A program made the position numbers and the translations under genes. Under the pieces are notes generated by a model, which saw nothing but the letters and a program-made list of their open reading frames with translations, was not told where the DNA came from and made no database searches. 33,821 nucleotides of DNA from a virus (lineage: Duplodnaviria; Caudoviricetes). Where the stretch lies: the IMG/VR virus record IMGVR_UViG_3300028829_005164, positions 1 to 33,821 of that record; one strand, 5' to 3'. Numbering within the stretch: position 1 is the stretch's first letter; every line of letters begins with the position of its first letter. Positions 6,707-14,804 of the stretch are shown one piece after another.

Positions 6707-7936
6707 ATGAAAACACATAGAGTAAATGTTCGAGGTGAAAAGAAGTATTGTGTTGTAATTAACACAGGTGAGTTTCACCCTAACGGAAGAGCTAAAGAAA
6801 AAAAGTTTTATCACACTAGAAAAAATGTAGCGATTGATAAAGCTAATGAATTTTTAATTAATCTACCTAACCAGAAACAAACTGCTTCTACTGTTAAAAG
6901 CGGTTTGACTATTAATCATGTTTACCGCAAATTAGAGGATGACTGGGAAACGAGAATTGCTATGCGTCAAGCAGATCCTTTAGATAATGAAGGCATAGAG
7001 CAAAGTTCGGTTGATCGTTTGAAGGATAATAAAAAAGCTTTATTTACTATTCTTGGTAATGGTGATCATAAAGCAGGTGAAACATTTGTTTTAAAAAATA
7101 TTACCCATGAATGGTATGACCAATTTCTTAAAGATATGTTTAGAGTACATCATTATTCTAAATCTAAAGCTAAAAGAGTTCGTGCTATTTTAAATAATCT
7201 ATTAGAAAAAGCAGAGGAGTTAAATTGGTTTGACTCTCCACATCATAAGTTTGCTAAAAAGGTTACTAAGTATAAACCTCGTAATCAAAAAAGAGCAATG
7301 ACAGACAAAGAAGCTTTATCGCTTATTGAAGAATTACAATATAATTTTTTATATGGTCATCGTTCAAATCAACATGGTCGTAGCCATGCAGAAACAGGTG
7401 TTACAGAAAGTGCTTTCTTAATGATGTTGCAATACCCAACAGGGATGCGATGGGGTGAGTCTGCGGCTTTAAATGTAGAGGATTTTGATTGGGATAATTA
7501 TACCTTAACAATTAATAAATCTCGTGATTATAGAACACGAGTTGTTTCAATGACTAAAGCAGGCAAGCTTCGTCAAGAAGATGCAGATGAAGGTGCAAGA
7601 ATTGTACCTATTGCTCCAAAGGTAATGAAAGCTTTTACTAAATATATGAAAGCTAAAAATATTACGTCTGGTGAATTATTTACTGTATCGTATGAAAGCA
7701 CATTAGAGTTATTACAAAAGACTTGTGCTAAAGTTGGTATACCTGCCGAGATCGTAGATACAAAAATATTTAGACGTTACATTATTTCTAAGTGGCAGAA
7801 GCTAGGAGTTGACTCTAAAACCATTGCATTGCGTGTTGGACACAATGATACAGTTACACAAAATGGTTATGGTACTTTTGGAGATACTAATGCATTGAAA
7901 GATGTAAAAATGCTACAAACTGCAATCTACAATTAA
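6707..7936 (+). CDS. int: Tyrosine recombinase (phage integrase)
   Basis: TGMRWGE (R-I), KIFRR at the HxxR position, VGH, NGY (Tyr); N-terminal beta-rich arm-binding-like domain; AGGAG SD. Confidence 0.92.
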   Translation: MKTHRVNVRGEKKYCVVINTGEFHPNGRAKEKKFYHTRKNVAIDKANEFLINLPNQKQTASTVKSGLTINHVYRKLEDDWETRIAMRQADPLDNEGIEQSSVDRLKDNKKALFTILGNGDHKAGETFVLKNITHEWYDQFLKDMFRVHHYSKSKAKRVRAILNNLLEKAEELNWFDSPHHKFAKKVTKYKPRNQKRAMTDKEALSLIEELQYNFLYGHRSNQHGRSHAETGVTESAFLMMLQYPTGMRWGESAALNVEDFDWDNYTLTINKSRDYRTRVVSMTKAGKLRQEDADEGARIVPIAPKVMKAFTKYMKAKNITSGELFTVSYESTLELLQKTCAKVGIPAEIVDTKIFRRYIISKWQKLGVDSKTIALRVGHNDTVTQNGYGTFGDTNALKDVKMLQTAIYN

Positions 7937-7948
7937 CTTATCTTTATG

Positions 7949-7970
7949 GGGGGTGTAATCACTCACCCCC
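7949..7970. terminator. GC hairpin between convergent int and leftward operon, probable terminator
   Basis: GGGGGTG/CACCCCC stem; U-tract weak on both strands. Confidence 0.5.
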
Positions 7971-8012
7971 TATACTAAAACCCTCTCCAGACGCAAATTT
8001 AAGACAAAAAAT

Positions 8013-8375
8013 TCAATTACATTGATGTAAATTGTGTAATTTCTTAAAATATCTAATTAATGTATCTGCTTGCACAGTTCTTATATCTTCTTCCACAGGT
8101 GCAAGTTTCTTCACCCTAAAAGTTTTCATTTCATTAGTATAAAAAATTAATATAGCAGGCAGGTTAGATCGTTTTGCTAATTTTTTTATTGCAGTACAAT
8201 TTTTATACGTTTGACCTTTATCGTAAGCGTGTTCAATTAATAACAAAGGCTCATAGCAACTACCTTTATTGCAAACCTCCATTAGATCAACGTCAACTGC
8301 TCCCAAGCCATCAATTGTTCGATGCCACTCGTTAAATGGTGATCCTTTTTGGTAGTAGGTATATCGTGGTGACAC
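8013..8375 (-). CDS. Hypothetical protein, possible PD-(D/E)xK-like fold
   Basis: DVDLME...PLLLIE pattern; GTG start overlapping upstream stop. Confidence 0.65.
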   Translation of the reverse strand: MSPRYTYYQKGSPFNEWHRTIDGLGAVDVDLMEVCNKGSCYEPLLLIEHAYDKGQTYKNCTAIKKLAKRSNLPAILIFYTNEMKTFRVKKLAPVEEDIRTVQADTLIRYFKKLHNLHQCN

Positions 8376-8539
8376 TAATCTTTTTCTTTAGAAAAGATGT
8401 GCAACTTTTTTTTTAAATCTATATTTTCTTGTCGTAACGTAAAATTAGTTTCGTAAGATTTCTCCAATCTTTCAATGGCAAAGTCTCTCTCCGTTTTTAA
8501 TTTTTCTAATTCTTTTTCAAGATCCGTTTTTAGTACCAT
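8375..8539 (-). CDS. 54-aa coiled-coil microprotein, not in ORF track
   Basis: MVLKTDLEKELEKLKTERDFAIERLEKSYETNFTLRQENIDLKKKLHIFSKEKD*; coupled on both sides. Confidence 0.65.
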   Translation of the reverse strand: MVLKTDLEKELEKLKTERDFAIERLEKSYETNFTLRQENIDLKKKLHIFSKEKD

Positions 8540-8691
8540 TATCTATTTTTTTTTCTTTTCTTTCTTACTTTTTTCTTTTTTGTGAATATTGGATCATGTT
8601 TTGATTCTTCACCATGACCATATATTTTATTTCTGAAATAATTCCCACCAACTACAATACCAGATCCTTGCATTAATTTTTTACTTGCCAT
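8539..8691 (-). CDS. 50-aa microprotein with basic tail, not in ORF track
   Basis: MASKKLMQGSGIVVGGNYFRNKIYGHGEESKHDPIFTKKKKVRKKRKKNR*; AGGAG SD; TAATG overlap. Confidence 0.65.
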   Translation of the reverse strand: MASKKLMQGSGIVVGGNYFRNKIYGHGEESKHDPIFTKKKKVRKKRKKNR

Positions 8692-8848
8692 TTTTTTCTC
8701 CTATCATTTTAATTAACATTAATATTATGTTGCGTAGTTCACTAGACGTTAATAAATCTAGAGCTGCAAATTCATAAATATTTTCTAAATCTTTAGAGTC
8801 AAATGTTTTGCCTTCCATTATTTTAATTTTTAATTCGTCAGGGATCAT
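8681..8848 (-). CDS. 55-aa hypothetical protein, not in ORF track
   Basis: MIPDELKIKIMEGKTFDSKDLENIYEFAALDLL...GEKNGK*; ATGA overlap with upstream gene. Confidence 0.6.
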   Translation of the reverse strand: MIPDELKIKIMEGKTFDSKDLENIYEFAALDLLTSSELRNIILMLIKMIGEKNGK

Positions 8849-9066
8849 TGATGTAATTTACCTTCGTCAGTTGGTTTTATACTACGATGTGCATACTTAA
8901 TTTTTTCAATATATCCTCGTCTTATTAAACTATTACAAATTTGAGCAACGCTTGTTTGCGAATTAATTTTTAGTCCTTTTTGTATTTCATCATAAGAAGG
9001 AGCATAACTATTATTGCTCCAAAAATTATTTATAAATTTTAAAACTTGTGATTGTTTAGGAGTCAT
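8845..9066 (-). CDS. Stand-alone LexA-type winged-helix DNA-binding domain protein
   Basis: MTPKQSQVLKFI...YAPSYDEI...SL.RRGYIEK..AHRSI matches the LexA N-terminal domain pattern; AAGGAGG SD before ATG 9066. Confidence 0.8.
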   Translation of the reverse strand: MTPKQSQVLKFINNFWSNNSYAPSYDEIQKGLKINSQTSVAQICNSLIRRGYIEKIKYAHRSIKPTDEGKLHQ

Positions 9067-9163
9067 TATTTTCCTCCTTATCCTCTGCTCTTTCAATTTT
9101 TAAAGGATAGGTTTCCCATCCATATTTTTCTCGTAGAATTTTTTCTATTAAATCCGTATTCAT
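9056..9163 (-). CDS. 35-aa hypothetical microprotein, not in ORF track
   Basis: MNTDLIEKILREKYGWETYPLKIERAEDKEENNDS*; fills the gap exactly with overlaps on both sides. Confidence 0.5.
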   Translation of the reverse strand: MNTDLIEKILREKYGWETYPLKIERAEDKEENNDS

Positions 9164-9456
9164 AGATCGCCATTTTCTTTTTTTTGGAGTGCGTTTGTCA
9201 TGCTAATATACGCAATAGCATCAACGTAATTATCTCTTTTGTAATTTTTCTTTTGTGATGCACGAACAATTTTTACTGTTGCCATGCATAAAGTAACTTG
9301 ATGTGCAGAAATGGGAGTGCCTAAAACAACACTCCACACCTTTGCAATATCTTGGTGATTACGAAGAAAATCTCCGTAGTCTAATTTTCTGTCACCGCTA
9401 ATAAGATCACTAGCTTCAACCATTAAATCAGTAGTTTCTTCGTAATGTCCAGACAT
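9160..9456 (-). CDS. DUF6378-like all-alpha NTP pyrophosphohydrolase-related protein
   Basis: GDR..DYGD...N...IA..WS, K..R and DNYVDAIAY motifs. Confidence 0.75.
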   Translation of the reverse strand: MSGHYEETTDLMVEASDLISGDRKLDYGDFLRNHQDIAKVWSVVLGTPISAHQVTLCMATVKIVRASQKKNYKRDNYVDAIAYISMTNALQKKENGDL

Positions 9457-9677
9457 TAAAGAGCTTCCTCTCTTTTGTCTAAGATTTGCAAGCCAATATA
9501 TTTATTGCCGTTTTGACTTTCATTTTTATATCCTTGAAACTTTACAACTTCCCCTGCTTTAATATCTCGTGGAGAACAAAATGATCCATAGTAATCGTGC
9601 TTTTCATCTTCTTTTTTATTAGGCATAATATTTCCTTTACCTGCCTTCAATGTATAGTTGCTGTCGCTCATAGCCAA
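9456..9677 (-). CDS. Small beta-rich protein, possible ssDNA-binding protein
   Basis: NKK...DYYG and KN....GNKYIGL pattern; directly downstream of the annealing protein. Confidence 0.5.
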   Translation of the reverse strand: MAMSDSNYTLKAGKGNIMPNKKEDEKHDYYGSFCSPRDIKAGEVVKFQGYKNESQNGNKYIGLQILDKREEAL

Positions 9678-10417
9678 TCATCATCCTTTTCTACTGGTTT
9701 GTTCGTGTTGAGTTGCTCTTCTTTTTTTTGATAAAGACTTTGCAATTCATTACTTGTTACAATTATGTCTTTATTTTTTGTAAAGACTGCCTGTAATTGT
9801 CCTAAGTGCTTTGCTTGTTTAATTGATATCTCCACAGAAGAACTATCTTGTATTTTATTCGGAGAAAACGATTCTTTTGAAGAGTCATTCTTCTGTGAAG
9901 TATCATCACGCACATTATTTAAGCCATCAACAGCTTTTCCGTTATGACTTGCGATTTGCATTTCTTCTGCGGATGCAAACTCTCCGCCTTCTAATCCTAA
10001 TCTTGCAAGTGCTATTCCTAAACTACTTGTCATAGCATTTTCCGTAGCACTTGTTTTATTAACTAGGCTAGAATTCCTAAACTCCTCTGCAATACCAATG
10101 GATACCATATTTTTTTTAATCCATATTTCCGTAGTGGCAGTAACAGATGGTGGAAAATATTTTTCTTCGGTAACAATTATTTCTTTTCCGTCTTTTATTT
10201 TTTTTACTTGTTGCTTGTAAACAATTTGATCTTTGTATTCGACTTTAGAAATATAACTTGCATCAGTACCAAACCATTTACGAAATATTCTATTACGATC
10301 TTTGACAGGTGCATACATTTTCCCACCCATTACTTTGACTTTTAAACTGTTATCTAATCCAGATAATTCAGTTGTTGCTTCACGCAATCGTTTATTATCT
10401 TCTGTTTCAACTGCCAT
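9668..10417 (-). CDS. Single-strand annealing recombinase (Rad52/Sak-like)
   Basis: Y..VKDR...FR and NKTSATENAMTSSLGIALARLG...EFASAEEM motifs; paired with exonuclease. Confidence 0.7.
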   Translation of the reverse strand: MAVETEDNKRLREATTELSGLDNSLKVKVMGGKMYAPVKDRNRIFRKWFGTDASYISKVEYKDQIVYKQQVKKIKDGKEIIVTEEKYFPPSVTATTEIWIKKNMVSIGIAEEFRNSSLVNKTSATENAMTSSLGIALARLGLEGGEFASAEEMQIASHNGKAVDGLNNVRDDTSQKNDSSKESFSPNKIQDSSSVEISIKQAKHLGQLQAVFTKNKDIIVTSNELQSLYQKKEEQLNTNKPVEKDDDWL

Positions 10418-11225
10418 AAAATAAATCCTTTGCTCTTTTCAAATGTTCATCACCAATATCCCAAGCAAAATGTGACCAATCAACGTCAACGTATAAGTGA
10501 GGATCTTTTTGTGATGCTATGCGTGATTTTATTAATAAGCTTCTCACCATTTCATCAAATGCATTTTTATAATTGTAATCTCTGATATCAATTATCTCTG
10601 CATCTTTTTCAGTAGCGTACACAATGTAAGTCGGCAGTTTGGTACACAAATGATAAAAGGAAGCTTGCTTTAAATGGTTGCTGTCTGGAGTAGTAGGAGG
10701 TTTCATTGCACTATAACCTCTTGTGCCATCTTTTTTTAATGCTCCTCTACGTCTCCACTTAGTTTTTAATTCAATTACAATCTCATCGTTTTGTAAATCT
10801 GTTCTGCCAATGATAGGTACTGCAACGCCTTCTGGTTGCAAATTAACATAATGCTCAAAAACGTTTTTTCCGTTTTGTGTAATACCTAATTTTTCATAGG
10901 CTCTGATTGTATTTTCTAAAGTTGGTAAATAAGACTCCTTATCTTGTTTTAATTGATCGGCATCTTTTTCATCGTAGGGGACATATAATTTTAAGGATTT
11001 TGTTATTTCACCTTTAGTAAAGTAGTTATCAACTGCATCACCAACAGATACACCAGAGTTCATTTTAGAATTTGTTTTAAATTGCCTTCTTTGTTTTTGA
11101 TTTGAATACCAATATTTAAAAACCCATTGATCTATTGGCATTGTTCCTTGAGAAGGAGAAAAGTGATCTAATCCTTTTTCTAAAAAATGTGTAGGTATTT
11201 CCTTAGATACGTCATTTATGGACAT
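10407..11225 (-). CDS. PD-(D/E)xK exonuclease (Cas4/RecE-like)
   Basis: HFSPSQ, IIGRTD, IELKT, HLKQASFY motifs. Confidence 0.8.
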   Translation of the reverse strand: MSINDVSKEIPTHFLEKGLDHFSPSQGTMPIDQWVFKYWYSNQKQRRQFKTNSKMNSGVSVGDAVDNYFTKGEITKSLKLYVPYDEKDADQLKQDKESYLPTLENTIRAYEKLGITQNGKNVFEHYVNLQPEGVAVPIIGRTDLQNDEIVIELKTKWRRRGALKKDGTRGYSAMKPPTTPDSNHLKQASFYHLCTKLPTYIVYATEKDAEIIDIRDYNYKNAFDEMVRSLLIKSRIASQKDPHLYVDVDWSHFAWDIGDEHLKRAKDLFYGS

Positions 11226-11229
11226 ATCG

Positions 11230-11242
11230 TGTAGATAATATG
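11230..11242. promoter_or_regulatory. Putative operator, 13-bp inverted copy of 11992-12004
   Basis: TGTAGATAATATG is the reverse complement of CATATTATCTACA at 11992; upstream of the leftward operon. Confidence 0.5.
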
Positions 11243-11328
11243 ACTAAAGCTATTATAAAAGCATTAAATCTACTGTAAATGTAGAATAATAAAATAAGTT
11301 ATGAATAAATTGTTAGTAATATTTAAGA

Positions 11329-11994
11329 TTATGAAAGAGAAAGAGGTAAATCGTTTAGATTATAAGAACTAATAAATCTTGCTACTCGATATAATTCATG
11401 TGTTTTTGGATATGAATCATAAAAACTTCTACAAATAAAATTTTTCTCTGTTTTTCTAATTACAAAACCTGCATTGCATTCATCTTGATTTTTTGGTTTA
11501 TATAATCCAACTAATTGATCTTTAATTCTAGTTGGATTATGCCAAGCAGAATAAAAATTTAAAAAATTATAGTAAACACCTTTAGGATCGTTTTTATCTA
11601 TGATGATAACTGTTTTTTTATCGTTCCACCACCAAGCGGCAGTAAAAAAACCGCTTAAAACAGGTCTTTCTTCATCATTTTTATAAAAATTGATTTTATT
11701 ATCATGCACATAACCATTTATTTGTCTTATAACTTCAACAGATATAAAATCTTCAACTTTGCATTCTAAATATTCTGCATACTTATACAAAACATCTAAA
11801 CCTATATTTTTTTGTTTTAAATGCCTGCTTACAGATCGGTAGTCTATACCTAAATATTTTGCCGCATCTTTTTGCGACTTACCATTAATTTTTTCTCTTT
11901 TAAAAATTTCTGCTAATTTGTGCATAGGTTTATATTTAGTAACAAGTCTCATATTAAAATAATGTTTTTTACACAATAGACATATCTTGTGCAT
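11329..11994 (-). CDS. CI-like HTH repressor; true start probably an internal Met
   Basis: SQKDAAKYLGIDYRSVSRHL...LYKYAEYLECKVEDFI XRE-type HTH; lies between divergent early operons. Confidence 0.75.
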   Translation of the reverse strand: MHKICLLCKKHYFNMRLVTKYKPMHKLAEIFKREKINGKSQKDAAKYLGIDYRSVSRHLKQKNIGLDVLYKYAEYLECKVEDFISVEVIRQINGYVHDNKINFYKNDEERPVLSGFFTAAWWWNDKKTVIIIDKNDPKGVYYNFLNFYSAWHNPTRIKDQLVGLYKPKNQDECNAGFVIRKTEKNFICRSFYDSYPKTHELYRVARFISSYNLNDLPLSLS

Positions 11995-12004
11995 ATTATC
12001 TACA
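11992..12004. promoter_or_regulatory. Putative operator in the repressor/rightward divergent region
   Basis: CATATTATCTACA, exact inverted repeat of 11230-11242. Confidence 0.5.
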
Positions 12005-12052
12005 TAAAAGTTACATACTATTAAAAATACTCACTTATGGTAGAAAATATAT

Positions 12053-12451
12053 GTGGATTATTCTCAATTAATCAAAAAACACAGTAATAATTGCTATTTT
12101 GTACTTTGGAAAGATCCGCAAGAGGGTGATGGTCTTTGGAAGTCTAAGTTTGATAGTAAAGCATCAATAAACATAAATGTTGGTTGGATGGAGCGTAATC
12201 CCAACGATCCGACAGAATGGGTGCTGTATTGTAGCAAAGACTCCGATCAAGATATTCACGAATTTGGAAGTGAAATTTATATTCCAGAAGGGTGCATAAT
12301 CTACCGAAACCTTATCATACCAAGTGAGAGAGGAGAACACTTTGAAACCAACACAATTATCAAAACCGAAAAAGATAACCGCACAGGAGTTAGCGAAGAA
12401 AATTATACAAAACAGGGGAGACCACTACGTCAAAATTTGCCACGAGACTAA
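12053..12451 (+). CDS. Hypothetical protein
   Basis: VLWKD...W...NVGW...G....IPEGCI pattern; first rightward gene. Confidence 0.65.
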   Translation: MDYSQLIKKHSNNCYFVLWKDPQEGDGLWKSKFDSKASININVGWMERNPNDPTEWVLYCSKDSDQDIHEFGSEIYIPEGCIIYRNLIIPSERGEHFETNTIIKTEKDNRTGVSEENYTKQGRPLRQNLPRD

Positions 12452-12536
12452 ACATTTTTGGGGTGGTTATTTAAATGATTGTTATGAGTCTGCGGAGATA
12501 GAATGCTTGAAAAGTGGAAACTTCTTAAAAAAATAA
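12342..12536 (+). CDS. Hypothetical protein with TTG start
   Basis: GAGGAG SD before TTG 12342; overlaps both neighbours. Confidence 0.5.
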   Translation: MKPTQLSKPKKITAQELAKKIIQNRGDHYVKICHETKHFWGGYLNDCYESAEIECLKSGNFLKK

Positions 12537-13063
12537 CGTTAAACGATCTTTTTAGTAAAGCTGATATAAGAGTCGCTTTAATACTATTAGACCACTACAA
12601 CGATAAAATACAAAAGATTTATCCGTCAAATAGACGTTTAGTTACGCTTACTGGCTTATCATTACGCCAAGTACAACTCTCCACCGCTAAATTAGATAGT
12701 CACAACTTAATCACAAAGTTTTCCAAGAATGGTAAAAATCATTACAAAATAACTCCAGAAGGTTATCAAAACTATGAACAACCTTACACCTCAACTACGA
12801 ACAAACCTTCACCTCCTACTAAACCTATCTCTTTAACTATTAATATAAAGGATACTATTTCTAAAATAGCAAAAAGAAGTAATCCTAATTATAGAGCAGT
12901 TATTAGTAATGGACTGACTTACCATGAGAATATGGAAAATAAGTTAGTGAAACAAATGCGGTCACGACTATCTATTGATCGCTATAATTCTTGGTTACTT
13001 GTTTATGACAATAAAGAAACAAAACAAAAAGCTATCTCCTATGCAAAGGAATTATGCGGATAA
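12503..13063 (+). CDS. Winged-HTH replication initiator-like protein
   Basis: IYPSNRRLVTLTGLSLRQVQ...L.SHNLI followed by N.Y and a Pro/Thr linker, typical of phage replisome organisers. Confidence 0.7.
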   Translation: MLEKWKLLKKITLNDLFSKADIRVALILLDHYNDKIQKIYPSNRRLVTLTGLSLRQVQLSTAKLDSHNLITKFSKNGKNHYKITPEGYQNYEQPYTSTTNKPSPPTKPISLTINIKDTISKIAKRSNPNYRAVISNGLTYHENMENKLVKQMRSRLSIDRYNSWLLVYDNKETKQKAISYAKELCG

Positions 13064-13482
13064 TTACACCAGAAGATTTAGATACATTGTTTTATGATGC
13101 ATTTTTAACGGATCAAAGACTTCCTGCACCATATCGTAAACAAAAATTAACCATGCAATTAGATATGAATAGAATTGATTGGATGAATTATGTTGATGAT
13201 AATCCCAATTCTTTACCGCCAACTGCTCGTAGCATTTCACGATGGGAATTAGCGTTAGAGTTAGTACAGTTAATTAAAAGAGAAGAAGATAGGCAATTGA
13301 TCTGGCTTCGTGGTAAACGTCTCTCATGGTCTAAAATGGGAAGATTAATTGGCATTGATAGACGTAAGGTTAAATTAAAACATAATGAATTAATGATGAC
13401 AATATTAATATTAATTAAGTTGATGAAAGATTTACATCGCAAAGATAAAATCTACAGATTGATTGCTCCAAAGTATGAATAA
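13054..13482 (+). CDS. DUF6362-like HTH protein, putative late transcription regulator
   Basis: PPTARSISRWELAL...DRQLIWLRGKRLSWSKMGR; occupies the Q position before terS. Confidence 0.65.
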   Translation: MRIITPEDLDTLFYDAFLTDQRLPAPYRKQKLTMQLDMNRIDWMNYVDDNPNSLPPTARSISRWELALELVQLIKREEDRQLIWLRGKRLSWSKMGRLIGIDRRKVKLKHNELMMTILILIKLMKDLHRKDKIYRLIAPKYE

Positions 13483-13500
13483 CAATTTATTTTTTTTTGT

Positions 13501-13528
13501 TTGACAACTTTGACAATTTTATTGTAAT
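13501..13528 (+). promoter_or_regulatory. Putative sigma70 late promoter
   Basis: TTGACA (13501; second copy at 13510), 16 bp spacer, TGTAAT (13523). Confidence 0.5.
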
Positions 13529-13559
13529 TCTTCCATAGACTCGAAGAAGTTTATCTTTC

Positions 13560-13606
13560 CAACATATAGTATCTCCTAGAAGCTTCTCAACAGCAACATA
13601 TAGTAT
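13560..13606 (+). repeat. 13-bp direct repeat CAACATATAGTAT, two copies
   Basis: Copies at 13560-13572 and 13594-13606; the second overlaps the terS ATG. Confidence 0.7.
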
Positions 13607-14036
13607 GAATGAAATTACCAAAGTTAAAGGCAGACCGCCTAAGTTTAACGCATCTCGTAATGCGGTTAAAAGAATATTAGAAGCTCTTGCTAAAGGTCAA
13701 AGCATTAGAAGAGCGATTAAAGAAGAGGACATCAGTTGGAATACATTTCGTAAGTGGATGTTTGAAAAGCCAGAACTACGAGAACAATATGAACAAGCTA
13801 AGTCTGATGGTATCTTATATACATTAGATCAAGTAGAAGAAGAGATACGAGAGTTAGTTGTTAAAGCTAATGATAAGACTGCTAATTTAAATTCCATCAA
13901 AGCGATGGACATACTCGTTAAGCACAAGCAGTTTCTTGCAAGCAAGCTTAGTCCAAAAACATTTGGCACAGACAAACAACAGATCTCTATGTCGAATGCT
14001 AAAGGTGAGAAGTTTTCAATTGAATGGAGTAAGTAA
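13605..14036 (+). CDS. terS: Terminase small subunit (Sf6/P22-like)
   Basis: GRPPKF, ILEALAKGQSIR, TFRKW...EQYEQAK, SKLSPKTFG motifs. Confidence 0.85.
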   Translation: MNEITKVKGRPPKFNASRNAVKRILEALAKGQSIRRAIKEEDISWNTFRKWMFEKPELREQYEQAKSDGILYTLDQVEEEIRELVVKANDKTANLNSIKAMDILVKHKQFLASKLSPKTFGTDKQQISMSNAKGEKFSIEWSK

Positions 14037-14230
14037 TGTTTGATGATGATGAAATGATTGCAACAGTCATTAGTCCTTATGTTACGTTCTACATGGTAGT
14101 TAATCAAGTAACGAAGAAGCCAGAGCTACTGGCACACTTCTCTTCGTTTAAGAATGAGAGAGAGATTAAAGAGTTTGTTAAACAGTTTGAAGGTGAAGGA
14201 GTTATCGCAGGATCTCCAACAATCCATTAA
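14036..14230 (+). CDS. Hypothetical protein
   Basis: TAATG coupling to terS, GGAG SD, C-terminal PTIH. Confidence 0.65.
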   Translation: MFDDDEMIATVISPYVTFYMVVNQVTKKPELLAHFSSFKNEREIKEFVKQFEGEGVIAGSPTIH

Positions 14231-14464
14231 AAGTATTGAAGAAGAACTCATTGATGTTGTGAAGATAATGTCGAATGGGTTTCGTATTGGTATTGATAAG
14301 GACACATACGTTATTAAGAAAAGAATAAATGGGAAGAGGGAGAAGTAATGAAACCTCTGTGGTATTTGTTGAGTTATAAGGATAATTGTTTCTGATGATC
14401 GCAAAAAGATCTTTTTTGATACGGATCTTCACGAATTTTTTATATTTTTTATAATAATTTATAC

Positions 14465-14538
14465 AAATCGGTTACTGAAACCGATTATTATCGCAGAATA
14501 CAGCCATTATTTGCTATGTCGTGTAAATGTAGTGTAAA
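14465..14538 (-). other. Second integrase-type site (core plus one arm-repeat pair), inverted relative to attP
   Basis: AAATCGGT-TACTGAA-ACCGATTA (14465-14487), 29-bp gap, then TGTCGTGTAAA TGTAGTGTAAA (14517-14538), the reverse complement of the attP arm repeats. Confidence 0.75.
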
Positions 14539-14639
14539 ACTATGACAAGGGGTGGTCAATAATTTTACCAACCCCACGAGGTCTTGGCAATAGCTATGGG
14601 AACTCACTTCTACTCGGCACAATTTAACTTACGAATTTT

Positions 14640-14804
14640 ATGACAACAAAAAAACCAAATAAAAATAAACCGAAGATAATTTCGTTTACGGACTTAGTAA
14701 AAGAGTTAGACAAGAAATCTAACTTTACCGACAGTTCTGGTAAAGGTGTTGTTAAAGGCAAAGATGTTTCACGCATGAAAGACTTTTTAAATGAAAAATC
14801 GTGA
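14640..14804 (+). CDS. 54-aa basic hypothetical protein, not in ORF track
   Basis: MTTKKPNKNKPKIISFTDLVKELDKKSNF...FLNEKS*; GTGA overlap with terL start. Confidence 0.6.
   Translation: MTTKKPNKNKPKIISFTDLVKELDKKSNFTDSSGKGVVKGKDVSRMKDFLNEKS

Noticed and set aside
10407-11225. Cas4-like nuclease as evidence of CRISPR-Cas
   Set aside because: No array or other cas genes; paired with an annealing protein as a Red-like module
14357-14378. Distal arm pair for the second integrase-type site
   Set aside because: Best match TGTGGTATTTG is only 6 of 11 to TGTCGTGTAAA
14126-14432. ORFs 14154..14348 (+), 14126..14404 (-), 14202..14432 (-)
   Set aside because: Mutually overlapping with no recognisable motifs; the + ORF may be real but cannot be supported
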